Assembly (NCBI GenBank): GCA_002269645.1
Contig: NIVC01003430.1
Location: 34,030 to 98,029, forward strand
DNA from: Macrostomum lignano
Taxonomy: Eukaryota
Direction of reading: 5' to 3'
Length of the DNA: 64,000 nucleotides
Within the stretch, counting starts at the first letter, position 1, and every line of letters begins with the position of its first letter. This document shows positions 12,701-25,134 of the stretch, piece by piece. The notes below the pieces were generated by a model. That model made no database searches. It saw only the letters and a program-made list of their open reading frames with translations, and was not told the origin of the DNA. A program made the translations under genes and the position numbers.

Positions 12701-13130
12701 AATCAGTTCAGCTCAGAGTGCTCATATAAACTGACTGATTCTCTATCTGAATCAGTTCAGCTCAGAGTGCTCATATAAACTGACTGATTCTCTATCTGAA
12801 TCAGTTCAGCTCAGAGTGCTCATAACTGACCGGTTCTCTATCTGAATCAGTTCAGCTCAGAGTGCTCATATTAACTGACTGATTCTCTATCTGAATCAGT
12901 TCAGCTCAGAGTGCTCATATTAACTGACTGATTCTCTATCTGAATCAGTTCAGCTCAGAGTGCTCATATTAACTGACTGATTCTCTATCTGAATCAGTTC
13001 AGTTCAGAGTGCTCATAACTGACTGATTCTCTATCTGAATCAGTTCAGTTCAGAGTGCTCATATTAACTGATTGATTCTCTATCTGAATCAGTTCAGCTC
13101 AGAGTGCTCATAACTGACTGATTATCTGAA
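9738..13130 (+). repeat. 46-bp minisatellite (tctatctgaatcagttcagctcagagtgctcataactgac[tga/cgg]ttc), about 73 copies
   Basis: Period 46 with two interspersed variants, plus rare 48-50-bp variants near both ends. Confidence 0.97.
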
Positions 13131-13162
13131 CCGATGGCCCTAGCACGCACACGCAATGGGGG

Positions 13163-13240
13163 CGGGGCACACGGGGGGCATCGAACCCAGGCTACTCTGG
13201 CGCCAGATCCGGAAGCGTTTCCGCTGAGCTGATTTGCCCC
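13163..13240 (-). ncRNA. tRNA-like sequence (tRNA pseudogene or SINE head)
   Basis: The minus strand reads GGGGCAAATCAGCTCAGCGG...GGGTTCGATGCCC...GTGCCCCG: A-box, B-box and a GGGGCA/TGCCCC acceptor stem. The anticodon arm is not canonical. Confidence 0.55.
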
Positions 13241-13305
13241 TTCCATTTGAACCGATTACAGCAGCGAACTCGGAGTCAACTGGAATCCATTGCTTCCACT
13301 AAACT

Positions 13306-13319
13306 GTTGCCATGGACAC
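13306..13319. promoter_or_regulatory. RFX X-box-like motif overlapping the calmodulin-like start codon
   Basis: GTTGCCATGGACAC is 1 mismatch from GTTNCCATGGNAAC. Confidence 0.45.
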
Positions 13320-15045
13320 GAAGGGTGAATCGCAGGGTGGCGGGGCGGCCCGCTCCGATAACAGCCGCACGCCGGTCCGGCTGAACTCGGTGGCCCGGGA
13401 GGCGATCACCAGCCAGCTGACCGATGAGCAGATCGCCGAGTTCAAGGAGGCCTTCGGCCTCTTCGATCGGGACGGCAGCGGCTCCATCACCATCCGAGAG
13501 CTCGAGTCCATCATGCGGTCGCTGGGGCAAAATCCCTCCGAGCGGGAGCTCAAGGTTGGTCCGAAGAAAGACGGAGATGTACAGCAGCTGGGAAATGGGA
13601 GGGATGGAGATGCACGGCAGCTGGGAAATGGGAGGGATGGAGATGCACGGCAGCTGGGAAATGGGAGGGATGGAGATGTAAAGCAGCTGGGAAATGGGAG
13701 GGATAGAGATGCACAGCAGCTGGGAAATGGGAGGGATGGAGATGCACAGCAGCTGGGAAATGGGAGGGATGGAGATGCACAGCAGCTGGGAAATGGGAGG
13801 GATGGAGATGCACGGCAGCTGGGAAATGGGAGGGATGGAGATGCACGGCAGCTGGGAAATGGGAGGGATGGAGATGCACGGCAGCTGGGAAATGGGAGGG
13901 ATGGAGATGCACGGCAGCTGGGAAATGGGAGGGATGGAGATGCACAGCAGCTGGGAAATGGGAGGGATAGAGAAGTACAGCAGCTAAAAATGGGAGCGTT
14001 GAAGATGTACAACAGCCGGGGAGATGACAGTTGTCATAGAAGAATTGAGCAGCAAACATTTACAGCTTCAACGCAACAACTCAGATCAGACACTGAGGGG
14101 TGAGGCTGAGCTGACAAGTGAAAACCCAAAAAAACAAAAATCTGGAAATTCTAGAAGCATTCCAAGCCGATCCCAAAAGGCGCATGGGGCGCCAATTTGG
14201 ATGTTAAAAGGACGGTCATTGGAGTGCCAGAGCGCCAATTGGAGTGCCAGAGCGCCAATTTGAGTGCCAGGGCGCCAATTCGAGTGCCAGGGCGCCAATT
14301 TGAGTGACAGGGCGCCAATTCGAGTGCCAGAGCGCCAATTGGAGTGCCAGAGCGCCAGTTGGAGTGCCAGAGCGCCAATTTGAGTGCCAGGGCGCCAATT
14401 TGAGTGCCAGGGCGCCAATTGGAGTGCCAGAGCGCCAATTTGAATGCCAGAGCGCCAATTCGAGTGCCAGAGCGCCAATTGGAGTGCCAGAGCGCCAGTT
14501 GGAGTGCCAGAGCGCCAATTTGAGTGCCAGGGCGCCAATTTGAGTGCCAGGGCGCCAATTGGAGTGCCAGAGCGCCAATTTGAGTGCCAGGGCGCCAATT
14601 GGAGTGCCAGAGCGCCAATTTGAATGCCAGAGCGCCAATTTGAGTGCCAGAGCGCCAATTAGTGTCAGGGTACTGATTTGAGTGCTAAGTGAAAGTTCTC
14701 ATACGGAGATCAAGCGCAACTCCCGTTGAATCACAGGACATGGTGGAGGGCGTCGACATCGACGGCAACGGAGAGATCGACTTCCCCGAGTTCATGGCGA
14801 TGATGGCGGAGAAAATCCAGGACACGAACTCCGAGCAGGAGATCATAGCCGCCTTCCAGACATTCGACAGGGACTCGAACAGCTATCTGAGCCGTGAGGA
14901 GCTGCAGGACGTGCTCACCCGCTTCGGTGACAACAGCATGTCGGAGGCAGACGTGCGCGAGATGATCGCCGCCGCTGACAAGAATGGCGACGGCAAAATC
15001 CAGTACGAGGAGTTCGCGCACTTCATTGCCTCCGTTATTCGATGA
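13312..15045 (+). CDS. Calmodulin-like 4 EF-hand protein, join(13312..13554,14737..15045), 183 aa
   Basis: [26 protein letters not shown]...[27 protein letters not shown]...[12 protein letters not shown]...[12 protein letters not shown]. The phase-0 GT..AG intron (13555-14736) restores the CaM alignment. Confidence 0.92.
13575..13985 (+). repeat. 33-bp intronic minisatellite (gatgcacggcagctgggaaatgggagggatgga), about 12 copies
   Basis: Direct reading; lies in the calmodulin-like intron. Confidence 0.95.
14205..14660 (+). repeat. 20-bp intronic minisatellite (ggagtgccagagcgccaatt), about 22 copies
   Basis: Direct reading; second array in the same intron. Confidence 0.95.
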
Positions 15046-17533
15046 AAACAGCAAGGGCAACACTTTTGAGAAGTTGAGAATGAAACCAAAAAGCCCGCCG
15101 TTTTAAGAAACTCTCTCTCGAAAAATAAATTTCCAAATATTTTGACTCGTAAAATTGCAGCTTCTGGGTTTTGGGTCCGTCAGTCATTGTCTAATTGTCT
15201 AGACTCTGTATATTAAACTTCTTGTCAGGGCTTATCCACAGAAGAAGAAACAAACACGGGCTGTAAATCCAAAGACGGTGTTCAAATAGATGTCTTTACG
15301 TTTCCTATCACTTACTACCGCGCATCTCTGCTTTTATCTTGTGTTATTCAATCACCAAATGCTATTTTCAGAACTTTAGTGCACATATTCTAATACTGAC
15401 TGCGTTATTTTTCAAGTATTGTGTATCGGCAGTATGTTAATTTAGTGGGTTACGATTCACACATATATTCATTAATTGCACTAGAGTTGTTTAATTTTGT
15501 AGTCTAACTCTGCTGGGATCATATATATTTCTAATAGGTACATTTAACAAGCAGGACAGGATGTGTGTGTTAATTTATAGCAGTAAAATATTTTGATAAT
15601 TGTTGCATGTTTGTTGGCAAAAATACAAGAGTACGTGGCATATTGCATTATAACGATTCTTCCGCACAAATGAAACGTGTCCATTTGCTTTTCCATTTTC
15701 CAATGAACAAAAAAGGTCGTTGAACGTTACGTTTATTTGCTATAGTCGTTCTACATGATAAAGCAAAACTTTACAAAGTCTTTTGTCGTCTTTCATTAAT
15801 CGGATTTTCTAACTAGAAATTTTGTTTTTTTTATGTTTCCTCAGGAAAAAGTTGATCATGAGTTTAAAAAATATAATGATGCATATATTAATCGAGAAAA
15901 ATAAAACGAACTAGGAATGAAAGATTATCGTCAGTTCTTATTATTATCGATCGACTTGATTTTCGATTTCAAAATAATGGTATTTTGATTATCAAAGTTG
16001 ACAACGAATTAACAAATATATTTGCACTAAAAATTTTGATAGCATCAAAATAATAAAAGTAGCGATTCAAAGCACTGAGCTTGTACTCTGATGCCCCTAA
16101 CTTCCAGAGCATCGAGATTATTGAAAATTCTGTGAAAAGTTCCTGACTGCTTTCTTAGAAAGCTGATAATTTATTTAAATCGCTTGAGTTAAAGCCTTAA
16201 AGGGTGGAGTCCTGCGACTCTATGCAGGAATTAGTACCGAAGTTCTAACTTATTGATAAACTTTTTCTTAGCTTATCTCAAGTTATCTGTTTCTGTTATT
16301 TTTGATATACAAAAATTATTGTGTTACTCTGACTGATTCAAAGTGTAGCGGTGTATGTAACCCGTGGCCCCGTTATTTTTATATTCATTTTGGTTTTGGT
16401 CAAATAAAGTCTTATTTAGTTCTGCAGAAATTTCCAAGTTTATATATCATTTCCTATTTAAACAGATTAAACAACTCTAGAGTTCAAAGAGAAAGGTTGG
16501 AAATCCAGTTGCCAACTGGCCCTCGGGGCTCAAAATCTAATTGCCAATGGCTTTTTTTGGTTGCCCATTGGCAAATAGCCAAATTCTGGTGAATAGATAT
16601 TTCCAAGGCTATGTTTAAAAATCAGAAATTTGTTCTTTCAACTCTAAGATTGTTATCTATGCTGCAAACAAAAAAACTAACCATTGCATCATATTGATTA
16701 AGATTCATTATTAATATGAAATATTTATATAATATTTATAAAATCATTTTTTTTAAATTGGCAATTGGCACAGGGAAATTGAAGTTGCCAGATTAGCCTC
16801 TAATTAATGGCAATGACTAATATTATGTTTATCCTTTAAATGTAAGATAAAGTAGATCTTTATTTTTGTATCATTAATACTTAAATTTTTTAATAGAAGT
16901 ACAAGTATATTTGAAAATTATATTGTAGATAATAATATAAGTATGAAGCATCTGCTATTCTAAAAGATTCTAAAAGTAAAATGCAAATGAAAAAACAAGA
17001 AATTTGTTTGATAGAGATAGATAGCAAATATAAATAATGTTTAATATAGTATTATTTTAATTTGTCTGTTTTTTTGTTTCCTCAAAATACTAGTTAATGA
17101 CTTATATGAACATTTTAGCCTCTTAAAAAACTTCTATCATATAGGTTAAAAGCTAGTTAGTCAAGAAAGTATTTTCTTTTGGAATAAATCCCTATTTGTT
17201 GATTTTTATGCTTGAGCTAATGTTTATAAACTAAGTCAAAAAAAATTTAAAACTCTAATTTTTAAAAATCCTTTCATAAGAAATAGTCCAGCTTTTTAAA
17301 CAAACTTCTAAATAAATATAGCTCTCATAGTTTTGATTTATCCTTTCATTAATATTTGAGTAATAGTCCTTCTGTTATTTTCATATAGAATTTATATATG
17401 GTCGAGCTGTTTCTATATAAATTCACTATTTTTGCAATTGGACATGATATATCTAAGATTTCCCCTCTTCACTAGTTTGCTTTTCCCATTTGGCACAATT
17501 GCAGCTCTCCCAGTATTACCCAGTGCAGCAACC

Positions 17534-20500
17534 ATGGGAAAGCCTGTGAGTTTTTATTTGGATTGAAAATTTTGTTTCATCAAATAAGCTATTTTTGAAT
17601 AGGTTTGTTTATTACAAGCGTATAAACTTTTGAAATTGTCTTCAACCATGTACAGATCAATGTCAAAGTCACTACTATGGATGCTGAGTTGGAGTTCTCC
17701 ATTCAGTCCAATACTTCTGGCAAGCAGTTGTTTGATCAGGTAAGCCGGCTTCAGTATAAACAGTTTAACAGTCAGTTGTGGGAAAAACTTTGCACTGTGT
17801 TCAAATGAAAAGTTCTGTCAACATCCAGACCAAAATTTAGAATAAATGTGCATCTGTGCTCAACCCAGGTCGTGAAGACCATCGGCCTCAGAGAGATCTG
17901 GTACTTCGGCCTGAGGTACATCGACTCCAAAGGCTTTCCCACCTGGCTGAAACTCAACAAGAAGGTCATGCAGCAGGACCTGCCCAAGGAGGCTCAGATG
18001 GTGTTCGAGTTTCGCGTCAAGTTTTATCCAGAGGACGCCTGCGAAGAACTGATCCAGGATGTCACCCAGCGCATGTTCTATCTGCAGGTCAAGGAGGCCA
18101 TCCTTAATGGCGACGTCTTCTGTCCGCCTGAGACTGCCGTGCTGCTCGCCAGCACGGCCTGCCAGGTAAGTCTGGGGTAACTTGGAGTAGAGTAGTTACA
18201 TCTGGGGTAGAGTGGGGGCCATCTTGGAGTAGGAGTAAAGTGGGGGCCATCTTGAAGTAGAGTGGGGGCATCTTGGATTAGAGTGGGGGTTATCTTGGAG
18301 TAGAGTGGGTACATCTTGGAGTAGAGTGGGTACATCTTGGAGTAGAGTGGGTACATCTTGGAGTAGAGTGGGTACATCTTGGAGTAGAGTGGGTACATCT
18401 TGGAGTAGAGTGGGTACATCTTGGAGTAGAGTGGGTACATCTTGGAGTAGAGTGGGTACATCTTGGAGTAGAGTGGGTACATCTTGGAGTAGAGTGGGTA
18501 CATCTTGGAGTAGAGTGGGTACATCTTGGAGTATAGTGGGTGCCATCCTGTAGTAAAGTAGGGGCCATCTTGGAGTAAAGTAGGGGCCATCTTGGAGTAA
18601 AGTTGGGGCCATCTTGGAGTAAAGTAGGGGCCATCTTGGAGTAGAGTAGGGGCCATCTTGTAGTAAAGTAGGGGCCATCTTGTAGTAAAGTAGGGGCCAT
18701 CTTGGAGTAAAGTAGGGGCCATCTTGGAGTAGAGTGGGTGCATGCAGGTTCCCACTAAAAATAGGCGGTCTTCTCAACCCCGGCCTGCTGCAGGTGAAGT
18801 TCGGAGACTACAATCCCGAGGTGCACACGGCCGGCTTCCTCAGCCGGGAGAAGACCTTCCCCATTCCCGTGCACGTGCTGGAGAAGCACAGCCTGACCAA
18901 GGGCGACTGGGAGGAGAAGATCGTGAACTGGTACAAGGAGATGCGCGGCCGCATGAAGGAGGACGCCATGCTGGAGTACCTGAAGGTGGCGCAGGACCTG
19001 GAGATGTACGGCGTGAACTACTTTGAGATCAAGAACAAGAAGGGCACCGACCTGTTCCTTGGCGTCGACGCTCTCGGGCTGAACATCTACGCCAAGGACG
19101 ACAAGCTGACGCCCAAGATTGGCTTCCCCTGGTCGGAGATCCGCAACATCTCCTTCAACGACAAGAAGTTCGTCATCAAGCCCAACGACCGGAGAGCGCC
19201 GGTAAGTTGCAATGGCAAAGTAGCTAAGAGTTTGAGACAGGTGGGGTAGCTGAGGAGTTGGTAGTTAGGGATGGGGTAGCTGAGGAGTTGGTAGTTAGGG
19301 ATGGGGTAGCTGAGGAGTTGGTAGTTAGGGATGGGGTAGCTGAGGAGTTGGTAGTTAGGGATGGGGTAGCTGAGGAGTTGGTAGTTAGGGATGGGGTAGC
19401 TGAGGAGTTGGTAGTTAGGGATGGGGTAGCTGAGGAGTTGGTATTGGCAGGTAGAGGTGAGTTTGCTGAGGAGTTGGTAGTTAGGGATGGGTTAGCTGAG
19501 GAGTTGGTAGTTAGGGATGGGGTAGCTGAGGAGTTGGTATTGGCAGGTAGAGGTGAGTTTGCTGAGGAGTTGGTAGGTAGAGGTAGCTAATGAACCAAAG
19601 TCAATGACTCGAACCCCCCCCCCCGCCGCCAGGACTTTGTGTTCTTCGCATCCCGCCTGCGCATCAATAAGCGCATCCTGGCGCTGTGCATGGGCAACCA
19701 CGAGCTGTACATGCGCCGGCGGAAGCCCGACACCATCGAGGTGCAGCAGATGAAAGCCCAAGCCAAGGAGGACCGGGCCAACAAGCAGTTTGAAAAGTGA
19801 GCACTGGAAATGATTAACCAAAATGACATTTTCCATGCAGCGCAGATATGCTGTGCAGGTTGCGAGCCCCAGAGCGGCAATAAAAGGCGATATGAGAGCG
19901 CGGCTGTGATAGCAACGCCCCTCTGTACTCCCCTCTGTCTCTCCTCATTCCTGACCTGGTGGGCGGTTAAGCAGTTGACGCACGCCAGGCGGGCCTCTTG
20001 TCTCGCCCAGTCAGTCAGTCAGGTCTGCCGTGACTTTTCACCTTTTTATTGCTTGCGCCCCACTGCTTTTTGGCCCGGCTTCGTTTCGTAGAATTTTTTT
20101 CTGCGTTTTTTCTTCTTTTCTTTCTGCTTTCCTTCTTAATTTCTGCCTTCTCTTGCCCGGGCCTCGCCCTGGCAGGAGTTTGTCTCGCTTATCTGCCCCC
20201 CCCCCTGCTCGGCGCTGGGGCTTGCTGCGCACGGGCGCAGAGCTTTGATCGCCCGCCTGGGTTAGGCCTGCTGGCCTCAGTACCTCTGCTTTCCCTGCTG
20301 CTACTGGCAATCTGCTCTCTCTGAATGAGCCGGCCCACCAGCACTGCCGGCCCGCATTTCGGACGTTTGCAAATTCATAATGATTTCTCTCTGCCTTATT
20401 GTGCACCTGGCTCAGGTCCGTTAGTTCGGTCACAGGCGGCAGATACGGGACTCGGAGTGCAGGCTGGGGCCAAAAAGTTGATAGGCAGGTTCGGCTGGGC

Positions 20501-23500
20501 TCAGATAAGCCGGCAGCTGCTCAACACGCCCCTCCACCCAGCGCAGATTCTGTTCGCCATTTTTTGCCAATCGCTGTTTCCATGGCAACTAACTAAGGCG
20601 TTGCTCCTGCGCCGGCTGGCGGCGGCCTCGCAGGCGGCTGCGTGCCAATTGTACAAGCCAAGCCAGTAAAGTCGAACATTTTACAGCGTGCTGTTTTTAC
20701 AGTTTCTGTGCTGTTTTTTACAGCCGGGCAACTGCGCAGTTCCGCAGCCACCGCCCCACATCTTATTTGTTTAGTCACAGAGGCTTTCTAGCCACTTTTT
20801 TTGCCCAATTTTCTCGAGTTTTTGGAGGGTCAGGCCGCTAATTAAACATTTAAACAATCAAAGGCTATTGGAATTTGTGCAGGCTTTCTATTTTCAAGGC
20901 TAAAACTGCAAAAGCGATTCTCTTATTGTCTTGTTAGTCTTGAAGTGTGCCGACTCAAAGCCACCTGCAAAACTTGTTTTTTCAGCGTGGAAGTTTTGGA
21001 AAGTTTTCAGCATACAATGGCTTGCTTTTTCAACAATTCAACTAATTTTCGATATTAATATTCTCGATCGCCTACTGATATCGTGCAAGCAGTAGTGCAG
21101 TTTGGATTTGATAACTATTGATTTTTGCGCGTATTTAAATTAATTAAATAAGGGTCCGTCTCGAACGCGAGCGGGCGGCCCGCGAGGAGGCGGAAAGCCG
21201 TCGGCACGAGCTGGAGGACCGGCTGCGCGAGCTGGAGAAGGAGCAGGAGAGCTACGCCAGGGAGAGGGACGAGCAGACCCGCCGGCTGGCCGAGATGTCC
21301 CGCCAGATGGAGGAGATTCAGCGCCAACGCGACGAGATCGAGGCGGCCAGGGAGCGCGCGGAGGAGATCCGGCAGCAGCTGGAGTCGCAGGTGCAGATGA
21401 GCGCGGAGGAGCGCGCCCGGCTAGTAGAGGAGAACGAGAAGGTCCAGGCCATGGTGGCAGCCAAGGAGGAGGAGGCCCAGCAGGCCACAGAGGAGCTGAC
21501 CACCATGCGCTCGGAGCTGGAGACGGTGCGCAAGGACCTTGAGGACACCACGGGCCGCATGCAGGAGCTGTCCACCCAGGCCGCCGCCGCCAACTCTGCC
21601 GCCGCTGCCGCCGCTTCAGCCGCCTCTGCCAGCGCCTCGGCACCTGCCGCCTCCGCCAGCGCCGTCCACGCGGCCCACCTGGACGAGATCGACGACGATG
21701 TGGCCGGTGAGCTGCTGGGCTGCTGATTAATGCTTTTGCATTGGCTTCAGCTACTCAGGTTCTTAATAGGCATTTTCTTCTATTGTACTACTGTTAGTAG
21801 CTAATATGAAAATATGTTTGCTTTACTAAATTTATTTTTATAGCCAAGTCTATTCCGGTTGTTGCTAAGCTGCTGGCCGATCGCTGCTCAGCCTGATGCG
21901 CATTTTTATGGTATTCGTTGCCGAGCTGTCGGCTGCCCATCATAATTTGCTTTTTTGCTTCTTCTTAGCTGCTGGAGCGGAGGCTGGAATCCGGTTTCCT
22001 GACTATCTATCCAGACAGTTTGAACCACACCCTGTGCACAGGGAACCCAAATGCACCCGAATTCCCTGTGCTACTCATAGTAGTTTCTCAAGCCAATATG
22101 TTACAATCCTGTTGCTTGCGCTATGCGTCATGATGGACCCACGGTGCACATGAACTCTTGCTGTCTGCAGGCTCTCGTTCCAGGCTGTCTTCTGCTGCTG
22201 CTGCTCGGGTTGGCGTGTCCAGGCTCAGTAACTTTTGCATTGCTGCATACCTTGCTCACTCCGCAGCTCACCTGTGTCCTTTGTGTCAGCTTGACTCACC
22301 TCACCTGTGTCCTTTGTGTCAGCTTGACTCACCTGTGTCAGTGTGTCAGCTGTGCCACTTGCCTCACCTGTGTCAGTGTGTCAGCTGTGCCACTTGCCTC
22401 ACCTGTGTCAGTGTGTCAGCTGTGCCACTTGCCTCACCTGTGTCAGTGTGTCAGCTGTGCCACTTGCCTCACCTGTGTCAGTGTGTCAGCTCCTTCATTG
22501 GTGCAGTAGTGTCTTTTTTTTCAACTTAGGCAATTATCTAAAAAAACATTTACCGCAATTTTTGCAATTATTGTCTTTTTGGGTTTTTAGTTTCAAACTT
22601 TTTCCTTTCAAGCTTCACACCATACCTGATGAGACTGTTTGCTGCACTTGGTGCTTCTGTTCTGTTTGTTCACCAATGCTTTTAAGTTTAGTCCTCTTGC
22701 ACTTTACAGAACTGCCATCCTGGCCGTGCTGCCATCCCGCTGAGATGCCACCCCCTCCCTGCCATCCCGCTGAGATGCCACCCCGCTGAGATGCCACCGC
22801 CTCCTTACCATCCCGCTGAGATGCCACCCCCTCCCTGCCACCCCGCTGAGATGCCACCCCCTCCCTGCCATTCCGCTGAGATGCCACCCCCTCCCAGCCA
22901 TCCCGCTGAGATGCCACCCCCTCCCTGCCACCCCGCTGAGATGCCACCCCCTCCCTGCCACCCCGCTGAGATGCCACCGCCTCCTTACCATCCCGCTGAG
23001 ATGCCACCCCCTCCCTGCCACCCCGCTGAGATGCCACCCCCTCCCTGCCACCCCGCTGAGATGCCACCGCCTCCTTACCATCCCGCTGAGATGCCACCCC
23101 CTCCCTGCCACCCCGCTGAGATGCCACCCCCTCCCTGCCACCCCGCTGAGATGCCACCCCTCCCTGCCATCCCGCTGAGATGCCACCCCCTCCCTGCCAT
23201 CCAGCTGAGATGCCACCCCCTTCCTGCCACTCCGCTGAGATGCCACCCCCTCCCTGCCATTCCGCTGAGATGCCACCCCCTCCCTGCCATCCCGCTGAGA
23301 TGCCACCCCTCCCTGCCACCCCGCTGAGATGCCACCCCCTCCCTGCCACCCCGCTGAGATGCCACCGCCTCCTTACCATCCCGCTGAGATGCCACCGCCT
23401 CCTTACCATCCCGCTGAGATGCCACCCCCTCCTTACCATCCCGCTGAGATGCCACCCCCTCCCTGCCGCGAGCTTTCCCAGCCCACTGTTTGCCACCCCC

Positions 23501-23949
23501 TCCCTGCCGCGAGCTTTCCCAGCCCACTGTTTGCCACCCCTTGTACTCGTGAGAATCAAAGCTTCCGAAACCCGCCCGCCGCCCCGCCTCAGACGAGAAG
23601 AATTACAGCTTCGACAGTCTCCGCAATGGCGAGCCGACGGTGGACCGGGAGGACATCCGCGGCGAGTACACCCAGGAGCAGAGCGTCAAGGCCAAGCTGG
23701 AAGAGATGCGCGATGAGCTGAACAACGCCAGGTAGGCTGTGGGGATTTGCAGTAGTGAGGAGGGTCCTGAGCATTCCTGACTTTCTCTTGCCCCTGTCTG
23801 CCGCTATTTGCAGGCGCGAGGAGAAAGTGCAGCCAATCGACAAGCTGCACGAGACCAACGTGCGCGAGGGCCGGTCCAAGTTCAAGACGCTGCAGAAAAT
23901 CCGACTAGGCAACACGAAGAAGCGCATTGACGAGTTCGAGTCCATGTGA
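17534..23949 (+). CDS. Moe: ERM protein (ezrin/radixin/moesin orthologue), join(17534..17545,17656..17739,17869..18165,18794..19201,19633..19796,21153..21706,23593..23731,23814..23949), 597 aa
   Basis: [18 protein letters not shown]... FERM domain ([45 protein letters not shown]), coiled coil, and C-terminal [21 protein letters not shown] with the regulatory Thr. All junctions are GT-AG and phases sum to 1794 nt. Confidence 0.95.
18180..18740 (+). repeat. 21/22-bp minisatellite in ERM intron 3 (catcttggagtagagtgggta / ccatcttggagtaaagtagggg)
   Basis: Direct reading; fills most of intron 18166-18793. Confidence 0.95.
19240..19590 (+). repeat. 30-bp minisatellite in ERM intron 4 (gtagttagggatggggtagctgaggagttg)
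   Basis: Direct reading. Confidence 0.95.
20576..20589. promoter_or_regulatory. Perfect RFX X-box in ERM intron 5
   Basis: GTTTCCATGGCAAC matches GTTNCCATGGNAAC. Confidence 0.55.
22260..22490 (+). repeat. 35-bp minisatellite in ERM intron 6 (gtgtcagctgtgccacttgcctcacctgtgtcagt)
   Basis: Direct reading. Confidence 0.9.
22730..23545 (+). repeat. 30/29-bp C-rich minisatellite in ERM intron 6 (catcccgctgagatgccaccccctccctgc)
   Basis: Direct reading. Confidence 0.95.
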
Positions 23950-24867
23950 TTCGAGTTGGCAATATCAAACTGTATTCATGCTGTGCGTTTTCTCCGTTCA
24001 AGAGAAAGTATAAATAAAATGAAGTTTGCTCTGTTTTTTATTACTTATCACTACTAACTCGTTCCCTTTGAAGCTGTGCGCTGGCTGGTCATGAATACAT
24101 TCCATCAGAAATTCGTCTCTCATAAGATCTGTTCAGACCAGTGTAAACCAGTTATTTACCTGGACGTTTTAATGCAACATTAAAAACTTTACTAAATCAG
24201 TTTTTCAGCGTAGACTAGAAGCCAGATTTTTGTCTGATTGATTTTAGGCGACAATCAGCAAATTTATCCCTGATTGCACCTGCTAGCTGCTTTGCTGATT
24301 TTCTTTTATTCTTCTCTGCCACTTTTTACCGGGTTTCCATCGGAGGGCGAACGAAAAGCGCTCTGCTCTACTCACCGATTCTACTGAGTAGTCTGTTTAG
24401 CATATACTTGTCTAATTGTGTGCGTATTTTCACCAAGTAATTACCGATCTGCAACGAGTCCGCACGATTTGCTCACCCAGATTTTCCAGAGTACTCGTAG
24501 CTTTCATTGGCGCTGTCTCGATTTTATTGAGCATTAAAATCTTTTTCACTTCATTCCTTCACTTCGCGTCAAATCAACAAGTGCAACTTCGAAACTTTTT
24601 TATTAATATTATTATTTCTGCTTATTCAAGTTTCTACACATTAATGCTTTCGCTAGCAAAATTCTGTGCAAAACTAAACAAATATGTCTAAGCGGAAGCC
24701 CTGATTGCTGCGGTTTGTGTTTACTCCTCCGGCTCCGTGCGGATGGCTGCTTCCTTGACCACTGGCTAAAATACGATGCGGGAGCATGAGATAAACATTT
24801 CCGGTGTGCCTTTGCTGTCTTAGCTGTTAATTTAACTCCAGTGTCCGCAGTGTCTACCTGCTAGGTC

Positions 24868-25110
24868 TACACTCGGAGCAATTTGTGTCCTTGAGCAAGG
24901 CACTTAACTCTGCATTGCTTCAGTTCACCCAGCTGTAAAATGGGTGCCAGCATTAGCTGGGGTAATTGAGGGTGTGTGGCGACCCCCCAGTCCCTGGACT
25001 GAACAGCCGGATCTGCCTTCAGACGCGCCGTGCAATACATGTAGCTGCGGCTGAGCTGTCGGTTGCACATCTGGCCATTAGGGCAGGTGTAATCAATTCT
25101 TATTAATATT
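24868..25110 (+). mobile_element. 5'-truncated CORE-type (MIR-like) SINE
   Basis: TGTGTCCTTGAGCAAGGCACTTAACTCT...CAGTTCACCCAGCTGTAAAATGGG resembles the SINE CORE domain. It is paralogous to 26100-26345 and has an AT-rich tail. Confidence 0.7.
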
Positions 25111-25134
25111 ATTATGTAGTATCTAAATGCACTA

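Noticed and set aside
9738-13130. 46-bp palindromic repeat array as a CRISPR array
   Set aside because: Units are contiguous with no unique spacers, there are no cas genes, and the context is eukaryotic.
13163-13240. A functional tRNA gene
   Set aside because: The anticodon arm cannot form a canonical 5-bp stem with a 7-nt loop, so it is kept only as tRNA-like.
17534-23949. Merlin/NF2 instead of ERM
   Set aside because: No N-terminal extension, and the C-terminus has the ERM actin-binding KTL..IR.GNTK.RIDEFE motif.
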